DNA of 64,000 nt from Candidatus Bathyarchaeia archaeon. GTDB lineage: Archaea > Thermoproteota > Bathyarchaeia > Bathyarchaeales > Bathycorpusculaceae. The stretch lies in NCBI GenBank assembly GCA_038727135.1, contig JAVYWL010000001.1:640001-704000 (forward strand). Reading direction: 5' to 3'. Each line of letters starts with the position of its first letter. The stretch's first letter is position 1. Below the pieces are notes generated by a model. It did not search any database and had not been told where the DNA came from. It worked only from the letters and a program-made list of their open reading frames with translations. Positions 49,678-60,165 of this stretch are shown one piece after another. Position numbers and translations under genes: made by a program.

Positions 49678-51225
49678 TTAAAAGTATTCTGTCAAAGCTC
49701 TTAGTTGTCGTGACGAATCATCAAATCTTTCCTTTGCAGCCAAAATCAAGGCTTTTCGTAAAGCTTGCCCCTTAAGCTTTGAAAGCCTAATTTCCATGAG
49801 TTTTTCAGCCAAAACTTTGTCGTGAAGTGAATGTTCAGCCCACCTTTCAAAGTCGCCGCGGCTGTTGTGGAACTCTATGGACTTTATTTCTGCTTTCTGT
49901 AGGGCTTTTATGAACCCTTTAAGGCTCCAGGCCATCACTCCAGTAAAATTTTCCTCTCCCACGCCCTTATAGAAAAGGAATGGCTCGTTGGCCGTTATTG
50001 TCGCCAGACGGAGGCGGTTCTCAAAGTCAAGAACTGCCGCTTGAGCCGTTACGTAAGCGTCTGCTGGAGTGTTGAAAGGACTGAAGTAAGAATGGACTTC
50101 GCCTGGGGCTCCGCCGGCTGTGAACATGTAGTAGAGGTGGTCGCTTGTTTGAAAGTAGCGCCATATCCTTAGAAAATCTTTGTCTTCTGACTCCTTGACG
50201 AGGGGTTCGAGCCTTCTAACGGACGTGTAGTAAGCCCATTGGAAGGTGTTTCCAAGCCAGCAGCTTGCATCCCTTTCCAAATCAGCCCATGAAACTGTTC
50301 CGCCAAGCTCTGGCACGTCAATTTCCCCGACAGCCTCATATTTTTCAATGACCTCTGATGGTGTTGCCATGCGAAGGTGCCACCACTTCAAAATCTCCCT
50401 TGGCATATGCCTCAAAAACTCGTGGATGCCGGTTTCTGGCCAGTGGTGTTCGCCGAAGGTTTCATAGTCTGGAAATATGTTTATACAGTTTCCAGGTGTG
50501 GCTGCCAACCAGCTTGCGTATTTGTCGGCTGTTAGGGGCCACTCGCTCCACCATCTTGCTGAAAACCTAAAGCCTATGTCGTCTGTTAGTTTATAGTTTC
50601 TGAGGAGCACCTTGATTTTCTTGCACCCTTTTGGCTTGTAAAGATAGTTAGGTGACTTTTCATGGAGAATCTTTTCTGTCCCCTCCGTGAATATTCCAGC
50701 AAAGCCCAATTCTTCAGCTGTTTTTGCTATGGCATTGTTGTAGATTAATTCCGTGTTTTCGAAGACTCGTGGCGTGTAGCCCAGCAAGTCTCTTATTGCT
50801 TGCCTATGCATTTTTATTTGTTCAATAAATTCTTCTTTTTCCGGGTAGAGACTCGCCAGCGAATGGTGATATGTCTGATTCAGAAATTCCACACAACCTG
50901 TTTCTGCAAGTTGTTTGAAAGACTCTAAAAGGTCTTTGTTAAACATTTCGCATTGTTCGAGGAAGGTCCCGGAAATGCTGAAGGAAACTTTTACTTGTTT
51001 TTTCTCCCGCTTATGCTTGTCTATTAGGTCTAATAGTATTTGGTTTGATGGAAAGTAGCATTTTTTGCATGCGCGTTCAAAGATTTCTCTGTCAAGTTCA
51101 TTGTTGAAATAGTAGTTGAATAGTTCAGCCTTTTTTAGGCGTTTAAAGAGCTTGTTTTCCCAGAAATAATTCTTCCTTAGTCTGTGGGGCTGGTGCACTT
51201 CGAAGACGAAAACTATGTCCGTCAA
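49678..51225 (-). CDS. GH57 alpha-amylase with C-terminal DUF5752-like domain
   Basis: FEVHQP, TYHHSL, ENTELIY, DDIGFRFS, DYETFGEH, QTSDHLYYM; tail SIEFH..RGDFERW. Confidence 0.9.
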   Translation of the reverse strand: MTDIVFVFEVHQPHRLRKNYFWENKLFKRLKKAELFNYYFNNELDREIFERACKKCYFPSNQILLDLIDKHKREKKQVKVSFSISGTFLEQCEMFNKDLLESFKQLAETGCVEFLNQTYHHSLASLYPEKEEFIEQIKMHRQAIRDLLGYTPRVFENTELIYNNAIAKTAEELGFAGIFTEGTEKILHEKSPNYLYKPKGCKKIKVLLRNYKLTDDIGFRFSARWWSEWPLTADKYASWLAATPGNCINIFPDYETFGEHHWPETGIHEFLRHMPREILKWWHLRMATPSEVIEKYEAVGEIDVPELGGTVSWADLERDASCWLGNTFQWAYYTSVRRLEPLVKESEDKDFLRIWRYFQTSDHLYYMFTAGGAPGEVHSYFSPFNTPADAYVTAQAAVLDFENRLRLATITANEPFLFYKGVGEENFTGVMAWSLKGFIKALQKAEIKSIEFHNSRGDFERWAEHSLHDKVLAEKLMEIRLSKLKGQALRKALILAAKERFDDSSRQLRALTEYF

Positions 51226-51303
51226 CCTTTTAGCCTCTTTTCTTGTTTGTTATTGTTTTGCTTATGCCTTATTTCTGGTTTGCTAAGTTTAGATTGGATT
51301 CGG

Positions 51304-51317
51304 ATTTTGAATTCATA
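51304..51317. promoter_or_regulatory. Second site of the ATTTTGAATTCATA motif
   Basis: Identical to 13467-13480; lies in the divergent GH57 / NucS-like intergenic region, core 4 nt before TTATTTAT. Confidence 0.55.
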
Positions 51318-51368
51318 ACTTATTTATCCCTTACAAGGTTTCATTCTCTAAAACAAAGGTGAAATAGT

Positions 51369-52073
51369 GTGTCGATTGAAAAAATTAGCATTGAGAGTCG
51401 CCAAGAATTGGAGCAGATGATAATCAATGGAATAAACCTTGTTGAGAAGGGCTTAACCGTGATTTGCAGCAACGTTCCTATAAATGATAAAACCACTTTG
51501 GATATCTTGTGCCATGACAGCAATGGGCAGCTTGTTATTCTTCAGTTGAACGTTGAGGAAGATGACGCCATGCTTCTTCAAGGGCTTCAAAGCTTTGACT
51601 ACGTTGACAAGTTCAAATCTTTCCTGAAGGCTACATATAACAAGCATAAAATTGACGATAAGGAAAAGCCGAGGCTCATACTGATTGCGCCGAGTTTTTC
51701 AGACGCTGTTAGAAGGGCTGTTGAAAGCATGAAGGGCATACGCATAGATCTCTACGAATGGGAGTACCTAAAACTTGGAGATCATAAGGGTCTCCGCCTT
51801 CAACCCATTTTTACGTGGAAACCCGTAGAAAAGCCGAGAGAAGAGAAGCCTTCGGAGAAAAAGCGTGAACCGAAACCGATGAAGAAGAAGGAGCCAGAGG
51901 AGCAGCCGCCACAGCCGCAAGTACCGGAGAAGAAAGAGGAGCCAAAACCTGAACCTAAGCCTGAGCTTCCCAAACCCGAGCCCGTAAAGGAGATGTCGCC
52001 ACCGCCGCCTCCGAAGATGCCAGAAAAGCCAAAGGAAGAAGAGCCGCCAAAAAGAAAGCTGAAGCTCTTCTAA
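51369..52073 (+). CDS. NucS/EndoMS C-domain-like PD-(D/E)xK fold protein, probably inactive, with P/K/E-rich tail
   Basis: ELEQMI...EKGL...LDILCHD..G.LVILQLN (the family has ELK here)...Q.L..FDY...PRLILIAPSF. Confidence 0.7.
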   Translation: MSIEKISIESRQELEQMIINGINLVEKGLTVICSNVPINDKTTLDILCHDSNGQLVILQLNVEEDDAMLLQGLQSFDYVDKFKSFLKATYNKHKIDDKEKPRLILIAPSFSDAVRRAVESMKGIRIDLYEWEYLKLGDHKGLRLQPIFTWKPVEKPREEKPSEKKREPKPMKKKEPEEQPPQPQVPEKKEEPKPEPKPELPKPEPVKEMSPPPPPKMPEKPKEEEPPKRKLKLF

Positions 52074-52134
52074 AGCCGCCACTTATTCTTTGTCGTTTGG
52101 AAGTTGTAGGTTAAATGCTGTTGGATGGTTTTAG

Positions 52135-53433
52135 TTGAGGATAGGCTTTTTTGTCTGGGAGTATCCGCCAGCCCTTGTAGGCGGCTTAGGTACATACGCC
52201 GAATACATTACCCGTGAATTTGTAGCCATGGGCAACGATGTGACGGTTTTCACGTTGAATCCTGGTAACCTAAAGACCAGGGAGATTATAAAGGGTGTTG
52301 AGGTTCATAGGCCGTTGATTGCGGATGCGAGCAACGTCTTTCCAATGTTTGTTATAGACGACTTGAAAAAGTGGGGTACAAACATACGCTTGTTCAATGA
52401 CATTTTCATTTACAATGTTTTGAGCGCCACCAAATTCATTAACAGCATGCTGAAAAAAGAAGGATGTGTTTATGATGTTGTTTGCGTTCATGACTGGCTG
52501 AGTAGCATAGCAGGAATCATAATAAAAAATGAGACAAAAGTTCCGGTTGTCTTTCACGTTCACAGCACGGAGTGGGGAAGAAGTGGAGGGCAAGGCTCAG
52601 AGGTTGTCTCCTATCTTGAGTCAGCTATGGCACAGAGGGCTGACAGAATAATAACTGTTAGCCACGCAATGCAGGAAGATTTAGTCCGCCACGGCTGGCC
52701 TAAAGCTAAAATTAGTGTTGTTTGGAACGGTGTCGACCCTGAGCGTTATAATCCTAAAAAGTGTAAGCCAGAAGATGTTGAGGCGGTTCGAAGCCGGTAT
52801 GGCATTAAATCCGATGAAAAGATGGTCCTTTTTCTTGGAAGGCTGACTTGGGTTAAAGGCGTAATAAACCTTGTTCAAGCTATGCCCATGGTTCTGGCGG
52901 AATATCCAAAAACTAAGCTTGTTATTTTAGGCAAGGGAGAACAGCAAAACGACATTGTTGAGGCTGCCGCTAGGCTTGGAATAGGCGACAAGCTGATTTG
53001 CAGATTTGACTTCGTGCCGGAAAAAGAGCGCATATTACATTATGCAGCGGCTGATGTCTGTGTTTTTCCATCCACCTACGAGCCCTTTGGCATAGTTAGC
53101 CTAGAGGCTATGGCTATGGAAAAGCCGATTGTTGTTGGCGCCCAAGGCGTTGTAGGCTTCAGAGAGCAAGTCGTACCCTTTGGGCCGGACCAAAATGGTG
53201 TTCATGTGAATGGTGGAAATCCAGCTGACATAGCTTGGGGGATAAAGGAGGTTTTATGCGACCCTGAAAGAGCCAAGAGGTGGGGAGAAAACGGCAGAAA
53301 AAGAGTGTTACAGTATTTCACTTGGAGGAAGGCTGCCGAACAAACCCTACAGATTTACGAGATGCTCCAGCATAAGCCGGAACACGAAGAAGCAAGAGTT
53401 GTTGACTTGCTGGAGAAGATAACTCAAAAATAA
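52135..53433 (+). CDS. GT4 glycogen synthase-like glycosyltransferase
   Basis: WEYPPALVGGLG, VHDWL, HSTEWGR, GRLTWVKG, YEPFGIVSLEAMA. Confidence 0.9.
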   Translation: MRIGFFVWEYPPALVGGLGTYAEYITREFVAMGNDVTVFTLNPGNLKTREIIKGVEVHRPLIADASNVFPMFVIDDLKKWGTNIRLFNDIFIYNVLSATKFINSMLKKEGCVYDVVCVHDWLSSIAGIIIKNETKVPVVFHVHSTEWGRSGGQGSEVVSYLESAMAQRADRIITVSHAMQEDLVRHGWPKAKISVVWNGVDPERYNPKKCKPEDVEAVRSRYGIKSDEKMVLFLGRLTWVKGVINLVQAMPMVLAEYPKTKLVILGKGEQQNDIVEAAARLGIGDKLICRFDFVPEKERILHYAAADVCVFPSTYEPFGIVSLEAMAMEKPIVVGAQGVVGFREQVVPFGPDQNGVHVNGGNPADIAWGIKEVLCDPERAKRWGENGRKRVLQYFTWRKAAEQTLQIYEMLQHKPEHEEARVVDLLEKITQK

Positions 53434-53455
53434 ATGGAAAGTGGCGGGTTCAAAG

Positions 53456-54685
53456 TTAGGACTTGCGAGCCGCAGCCTTTTCTAGGGCTACTACGCCAGG
53501 GAGTTTCTTGCCCATTAGAAATTCTATTAGGGCTCCGCCTGCTGTGCTCACATAGGATATTTTGTTGGATAGGCCCAACTCTTGTAGGGCTGCTATTGTG
53601 TGGCCTCCACCAGCTAGGGAGAAGGCCTTCGAGTTTGCGATTTCTTCAAAGATTTTTCTTGTTCCGTAGATGAATTCGCTGTTTTCGAAGACTCCCATTG
53701 GTCCACTTACCACTATGGATTTGGCGTTGCGTATTATTTTTGCATAGTTTTCAACGGTTTTTGCTCCGATGTCGAATATTGGGTAGTCTGTGGGCAGTTT
53801 TTCCACGGGGATTTCCTTTCGCTTTTTCTCCACTTCCACTGCCACGTCTGCTGGAACCTTAATTTTGTCTGGATACTTTTTCATCAGTTCTTTTATTCCA
53901 GGAACTAAGCCCATCAGTTTTTTCTCTTCTAGGAATTTCATGTTGGGCTTGCCTAGGTCGTATCCCTTTGCCACTAGGAAGACGTGGCCGACAACGCCGC
54001 CGGTTAGCACGTAGTCTGCTATTCCGTTGTCCAAAACGTATTTTGAGATTTCAAGGGAGTCGTCTGCCTTGGCGCCGCCAAGCACGTATACGCATGGTTT
54101 TTCCGGGTTTTCCAGCACTCTGCTTAGGGATTTTAGCTCCCTCTCCATTATTCTTCCGGCGACGCTTGGCAGAACAGCCGTAAAGCCGACCATTGAGACG
54201 TGGGCTCTGTGGGCTGCAGCGAAGGCGTCGTTTACGAATATGTCTGCCAGTGGTGCCAGTGTCTTTACAAGCTCTGTTTTGGCGTGTTCTTCTGGTGTGC
54301 CCTCCTTTGTTTCTCCGGCAAAGTTTCTAACGTTGTCCAGAACTAGGATTTCGCCGCTTTTCAGCTCCTTAATCGCTTTTTGGGCTTTCTCTCCGAAGAC
54401 GTCGTCCACAAATTTTACTGGTTTGCCCAAGACTTTGCCTAGGATTTCAGCATGCTCTTTTAATGGTATGAAGTCTGGGTCGCCTTTTCTCCCTTGGTGG
54501 GCGATTACTACGACCTTTGCCCCTTTTTGGGCTAGCTCTTTTATGGTGGTTTCGCCATGCGCCCTAATCCTTGTGTCATCTAGAACTTTCTTTGTTTCTG
54601 GGTCTACTGGAGAGTTGAAATCAACTCTTACGAGAACAACTTTGTTTTTCACGTCAACGTCGTCTAGGGTTAAATATTTAGCCAT
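53456..54685 (-). CDS. pgk: Phosphoglycerate kinase (archaeal type)
   Basis: VRVDFNSP, AHQGR, NDAFAAAHR, GGAKADDS, GPMGVFE, STAGGA. Confidence 0.96.
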   Translation of the reverse strand: MAKYLTLDDVDVKNKVVLVRVDFNSPVDPETKKVLDDTRIRAHGETTIKELAQKGAKVVVIAHQGRKGDPDFIPLKEHAEILGKVLGKPVKFVDDVFGEKAQKAIKELKSGEILVLDNVRNFAGETKEGTPEEHAKTELVKTLAPLADIFVNDAFAAAHRAHVSMVGFTAVLPSVAGRIMERELKSLSRVLENPEKPCVYVLGGAKADDSLEISKYVLDNGIADYVLTGGVVGHVFLVAKGYDLGKPNMKFLEEKKLMGLVPGIKELMKKYPDKIKVPADVAVEVEKKRKEIPVEKLPTDYPIFDIGAKTVENYAKIIRNAKSIVVSGPMGVFENSEFIYGTRKIFEEIANSKAFSLAGGGHTIAALQELGLSNKISYVSTAGGALIEFLMGKKLPGVVALEKAAARKS

Positions 54686-54755
54686 ATGTGTCCCTCTTCG
54701 TTTTAGAGCAGAAAAATAGAGGGGTTGTTCGCTTTTAAGTTTTATATTCGCCTTG

Positions 54756-55769
<1,014 letters not shown>

Positions 55770-55861
55770 TTAAATCACCATTCTACGCTAAATTTCGGAT
55801 ATTAATGGAACCAGTTCTCTTAATTAATTTTCCGACAGAAATAAAAAGAAAGGAATGGGTT

Positions 55862-57208
55862 TTATCGGAGTTTCATGAGAACCATTTCAGCAGCCAAAAC
55901 AAGGGGCTCCCATGTTTCGCAAAGGGGCGGCGCATAGGCTGTGTCGGCTTTGGCTAGCTCCCGCACAGTCATCTGTTTTTGTATGGCGAATGAAACGGCG
56001 TTTATGCGTTGGGTTACCTCTTCTCCGCCTATGATTTGGGCTCCAATAATGCGTTGTGACTCTTTTTCGACGACAAGCTTAACTTTTATTGGTAGGGCGC
56101 CCGGGTAATAATCCGCCTTGGTCTTGGACGATATTGTTCCGGTGACGGTTTCTATTCTTGCTCTTTGGGCTGCCGCCTCTGTTAAGCCTGTAACGCCCAC
56201 TTGCGTGTCGTAGAGCTGGGTTACAGCGGAGCCTAAAACGCCAGTGAATAGTGCATAGCCACCAGCGGCGTTTATCCCCGCCACTTTTCCCTGTCTCACA
56301 GCAACTGTTCCGAGTTGTTGCAGTGCGGGTCTCTGTGTGACAATGTGAGTGGATTCCGCGCAGTCACCTACCGCGTAAACATCTTTAACGCTGGTTTCCA
56401 TTCTGGCGTTTGTTTTGATGGCTCTTGTCTCGCCTAGGGCTATTCCAGCGTCCACGGCGAGTTGCGTGTTTGCCCTAACACCAAAGGCGCTGACGAAAAG
56501 ATCTGCGTTTATTTGTTCTCCTCCAGCCACTATGCCCGTCACCTTGTCTGTTCCGAGAAATTCTTCAACTGGCTTGTTGGTTAGAATCCGTATGCCTTTT
56601 TGCTCCAGCATTTCTTGAACCATTTTTGCTATGTCTGCGTCAAGCATGGCTGGCAAAACTTGGGGAAGCATTTCCACAACCGTCACCTTTAAGCCTCTTT
56701 CTTGTAGCGCTACTGCGGTTTCTAAGCCTATGAGTCCAGCACCCATGACAACAGCTGTTTTTGCGCCTTCACGGATTGCTTGGTCTATTCGCTGTCCATC
56801 CTCAATAGTCCTTAAGGGGATTATTCCCTGTTTTTCTCTTCCCTTTATTGGTGGTGTGAAAGCGCTTGCTCCCGCGGCTATTATTAGGCTGTCGTAGGGG
56901 ATTTCCTCGGTGTTTCCAGCCTTGTCCACTGTTAGCACAGTCTTTTTGCCCGTATCAATTTTTGTCGCTTTGGTTTCTGTTTTTAGGTTTAGTTTCATCA
57001 TTTGGAAGTAGCTCGGCGGGAAAACTATGAGGTTGCTGAAGCTTGGTATGTGTCCGCCTATGACGAAGGGTAAACCGCAACGGGAGTATCCTGCATACTT
57101 CTCATCAGTTATTAGGGTGATTTCGGCTGTGCGGTCTGTCTTTCTGGCGGCTGAGGCTGCATCTACACCGGCAGCGTGCGCCCCAATTATGACTATGCGT
57201 CTTGGCAA
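55862..57208 (-). CDS. NADH oxidase / CoA-disulfide reductase family flavoprotein
   Basis: GAHAAG, single redox Cys YSRCGLPF, GAGLIG, YAVGDC, YAPP. Confidence 0.88.
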   Translation of the reverse strand: MPRRIVIIGAHAAGVDAASAARKTDRTAEITLITDEKYAGYSRCGLPFVIGGHIPSFSNLIVFPPSYFQMMKLNLKTETKATKIDTGKKTVLTVDKAGNTEEIPYDSLIIAAGASAFTPPIKGREKQGIIPLRTIEDGQRIDQAIREGAKTAVVMGAGLIGLETAVALQERGLKVTVVEMLPQVLPAMLDADIAKMVQEMLEQKGIRILTNKPVEEFLGTDKVTGIVAGGEQINADLFVSAFGVRANTQLAVDAGIALGETRAIKTNARMETSVKDVYAVGDCAESTHIVTQRPALQQLGTVAVRQGKVAGINAAGGYALFTGVLGSAVTQLYDTQVGVTGLTEAAAQRARIETVTGTISSKTKADYYPGALPIKVKLVVEKESQRIIGAQIIGGEEVTQRINAVSFAIQKQMTVRELAKADTAYAPPLCETWEPLVLAAEMVLMKLR

Positions 57209-57211
57209 GGG

Positions 57212-57631
57212 CTATTTCCCTTCTTTAATTAGGCTTTTGTGCCACTCAACAGCTGCGTTGAAGTCCATTAGGTTTTTTAGCTCCGCCTCTAGGTTTGAGG
57301 GCTTTATGACGAGAAGCCAACCCTTCCCATAGGGGTCTTCGTTTAAAAGTTCTGGTTTCGATTGAACTTCTGTGTTGACTTCCTCTATTGTTCCGCTTAC
57401 CGGCGCCACAAGGTCTGAAACTGCTTTTACAGATTCAACGGTACCATATGGCTCGTTTTGTTTTGTGGTGGCTCCGGGGCTTGGCAACTCTGCGTAAACA
57501 ATTTCTCTTAGCTGTTTTTGGGCGTAGTCTGTTATGCCGACGCGAACTTTGTCGCCTTCAATTTTGAGCCATTCAAAATCCTTTGAGTAATATAGTCCTT
57601 CTGGAACTTCATATCCGTCAACTTTAACCAC
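57212..57631 (-). CDS. gcvH: Glycine cleavage H / lipoyl carrier protein
   Basis: VGITDYAQ, VESVKAVSD (lipoyl Lys), PELLNEDPYGKGWL. Confidence 0.95.
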   Translation of the reverse strand: MVKVDGYEVPEGLYYSKDFEWLKIEGDKVRVGITDYAQKQLREIVYAELPSPGATTKQNEPYGTVESVKAVSDLVAPVSGTIEEVNTEVQSKPELLNEDPYGKGWLLVIKPSNLEAELKNLMDFNAAVEWHKSLIKEGK

Positions 57632-57750
57632 GACATTCCACCTCGCGTGTAGTTGTTAATCTTCTATTTTTAAGCCTTTAAAATTAACTGTTTAATCGTT
57701 TGGGAGGTCATATTTGTGGTTGGAAATTAAGCGGCAAATACGATACCCAT

Positions 57751-57761
57751 TCTAGATTTTC
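57751..57761. repeat. Direct repeat TCTAGATTTTC (left copy)
   Basis: Identical 11-mer at 59655-59665 on the other side of the S8 protease gene. Confidence 0.4.
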
Positions 57762-57860
57762 TAACAATTTAGGTTGTGGTGAAAGCCTAAATTGGCTACT
57801 CTATATTTTTCAGTTCATATGGGTCTGCACAAAAGTTGTGGGATTTAGAAAAATTTAAAA

Positions 57861-59576
57861 ATGAAAATCTCACACCCGTATCCGGTGACCTTTGTGTTTA
57901 AGAGGAAAACCATTCTAGTGGCGTTTGTGGTTTCGCTGCTTTGCATGGCTTTTATCGCTTCACTCTCGTATGCTTACTTGAAAACAGATGTCAAGACGAG
58001 TTTTCTGAGGGATGCGAATAGGAACAAAATTTTCGACGATTTGGAGCATGTTATGGCTGGCTGTAGGGAAGACAGTCTTGTGGATGTGATTGTTTTATTT
58101 AAGAAGATGCCTTCAGAACCATTTTTGAGGAATCTTCAAAGCAAAATAGGCTCGTTTAGAATAAAGTCTCAATGGACTATTGTTCCGGGCATTGCGGCTT
58201 CGCTTACGCCTGGTCAGGTTAGGGCTCTCTCGCTTATTGATGACGTTGTGCAAATAGAGCATGATGCGCCAGTTTATGCATGTTTGAACACGGCGACTTA
58301 TTGGTATGGCATTCAAAAAGCCAGGGCGGATTTTGGTTTGGACGGAGATAGGGATGGTTCACCGGCAACTTACACCAAAGATGATATTGTCGTAGCTATA
58401 ATTGATACCGGAATAGATCCAAACCATGTGGACTTGGACGGCGGGAAAATAATTGGATGGAAGGATTTTATAAATGGGCGAACAACACCTTACGATGACA
58501 ATGGACACGGGACTCATTGTGCATCAATAGCGGCTGGGACAGGTGAAGGAAATCCAAGCTATAAAGGTGTGGCGCCAGGGGCTGCGCTCGTCGGTGTCAA
58601 AGTGCTTGACTCAGCAGGTTCAGGAACGTTAAGTGGGGTGACTGATGGCATAAACTGGGCTGTAGCTAACAAAGACGTGTATGAAATAGAAATCTTGTCC
58701 TTAAGCTTAGGTACTTCAGGCAGCTCTGACGGCACCGACGCTGTTTCAGTTGCGTGCAATAACGCTGTTGACCAAGGTTTAGTAGTTGTAGTTGCGGCTG
58801 GAAACAGTGGACCAAAAACTTACACTATAGGCTCTCCGGGCGCAGCTGAAAAAGTCATAACAGTAGGCTCCATTGCTGATGTTGGACAGAAAGGCTTCTT
58901 TTTAAATTCCTGGTCAAGTAGAGGGCCTACAGCGGATGGCAGGATCAAGCCAGATGTATGTGCACCAGGATATTTAATAATGGCCGCTAAAGCGGGAACA
59001 ACAAACGGCTATGTTGAATACAGCGGCACAAGCATGGCAACGCCTTTCGTGGCAGGCACTGTTGCGTTGATGCTGGACGCTAACCCCTCGTTAACTCCAT
59101 TGCAGATTAAAAGTATAATTTCAACAACATCCATAGATTTTGGTCCTTCTGGAAAGGACATAGATTATGGCTGGGGAAGACTTGATGGTTATGAAGCCGT
59201 TAAAGCGGCTGGGGGCTACATTGGGACGGGCATAGCAGTGCCAAATCATTTCGCGTTCACTGAAACACTTGCCAGGACGGGGGCCTATGATCTTTGGAAG
59301 ATAACAGTGACAACGACGAGTTATCCGATTGCCATAACATTAATAATGCCGTCGTGGAGCAGCGCGACAAGACCTAACTTTAACATATACCTCTACAATC
59401 CTTCCGGAAGCCTTATCGCCTCATCCACCGGGACCACGCGACAAGAGATTATCGCTACAACCATAACGGCGACTGGCACCTACACCTTGCGGGTTTACTC
59501 TTCATCTAGTTCTGGAACGTACTATCTCGACATCAGCGCCGGCGCTTCCAATGTTTACATATCTTACAACGGCTAA
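57861..59576 (+). CDS. Secreted S8 subtilisin-like protease with propeptide and C-terminal PPC/jelly-roll domain
   Basis: N-terminal hydrophobic segment, DANRNKIFDDL propeptide motif, triad IIDTG / HGTH / GTSMA. Confidence 0.93.
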   Translation: MKISHPYPVTFVFKRKTILVAFVVSLLCMAFIASLSYAYLKTDVKTSFLRDANRNKIFDDLEHVMAGCREDSLVDVIVLFKKMPSEPFLRNLQSKIGSFRIKSQWTIVPGIAASLTPGQVRALSLIDDVVQIEHDAPVYACLNTATYWYGIQKARADFGLDGDRDGSPATYTKDDIVVAIIDTGIDPNHVDLDGGKIIGWKDFINGRTTPYDDNGHGTHCASIAAGTGEGNPSYKGVAPGAALVGVKVLDSAGSGTLSGVTDGINWAVANKDVYEIEILSLSLGTSGSSDGTDAVSVACNNAVDQGLVVVVAAGNSGPKTYTIGSPGAAEKVITVGSIADVGQKGFFLNSWSSRGPTADGRIKPDVCAPGYLIMAAKAGTTNGYVEYSGTSMATPFVAGTVALMLDANPSLTPLQIKSIISTTSIDFGPSGKDIDYGWGRLDGYEAVKAAGGYIGTGIAVPNHFAFTETLARTGAYDLWKITVTTTSYPIAITLIMPSWSSATRPNFNIYLYNPSGSLIASSTGTTRQEIIATTITATGTYTLRVYSSSSSGTYYLDISAGASNVYISYNG

Positions 59577-59654
59577 ACTTAAAACCTCGCCCACTTTTCT
59601 TTTATCTTATGTCAATTTTGTTGTTGACGGCAAACTGCAAAATTGATAGCCCCC

Positions 59655-59665
59655 TCTAGATTTTC
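59655..59665. repeat. Direct repeat TCTAGATTTTC (right copy)
   Basis: Identical to 57751-57761. Confidence 0.4.
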
Positions 59666-59764
59666 CCTTTTAAAGAGGCTTTACCTCATGTTCGCAGCTG
59701 TTTTGCTTTAGAAAATGTTTAATTAACTGGTTTGATGTAAAGCTGTGCAGATGGAAGGATAAAT

Positions 59765-60136
59765 TTGAGCGAAGAGTTGGCTAAACTTCCTCCACAGGTT
59801 CAGGAGCGCCTCTTAAGGCTTCAGCAGTTGCAGCAGACGTTGCAGTCTGTTTTGGCTCAGAAGCAGCAGGTGGAATTGGAGCTAACAGAGATTGAGCAGG
59901 CTTTAAGTGAGCTGCAAAAGGTTGCAGACGAGGCTGTTATTTATAAGGCGATAGGCTCGCTTTTGGTTAAAACTGACAAGGCGAAGGTGACAGCCGACCT
60001 AAACGAGCGCAAAGAACTGCTTAACATGCGAGCCTCAGTTTTGGGCAAGCAGGAAGAACGTCTCCGAAGCCAAATGAAGGAATTGCAAGCAAAGCTTCAG
60101 CAGGATTTAGCCCCTGTTTCGAGCACACAGCCATAG
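59765..60136 (+). CDS. pfdB: Prefoldin beta subunit
   Basis: LPPQVQ..L..LQQLQQ.LQ, IYKAIGSLLVK, coiled coils. Confidence 0.95.
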   Translation: MSEELAKLPPQVQERLLRLQQLQQTLQSVLAQKQQVELELTEIEQALSELQKVADEAVIYKAIGSLLVKTDKAKVTADLNERKELLNMRASVLGKQEERLRSQMKELQAKLQQDLAPVSSTQP

Positions 60137-60165
60137 GCAAAGAGCATTAAGAGGCTTGGTGAAGC

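Noticed and set aside
51820-52060. DNA tandem repeat in the GAGCC/AAGCC-rich stretch
   Set aside because: Explained by low-complexity Pro/Glu/Lys coding; there is no exact repeat unit.
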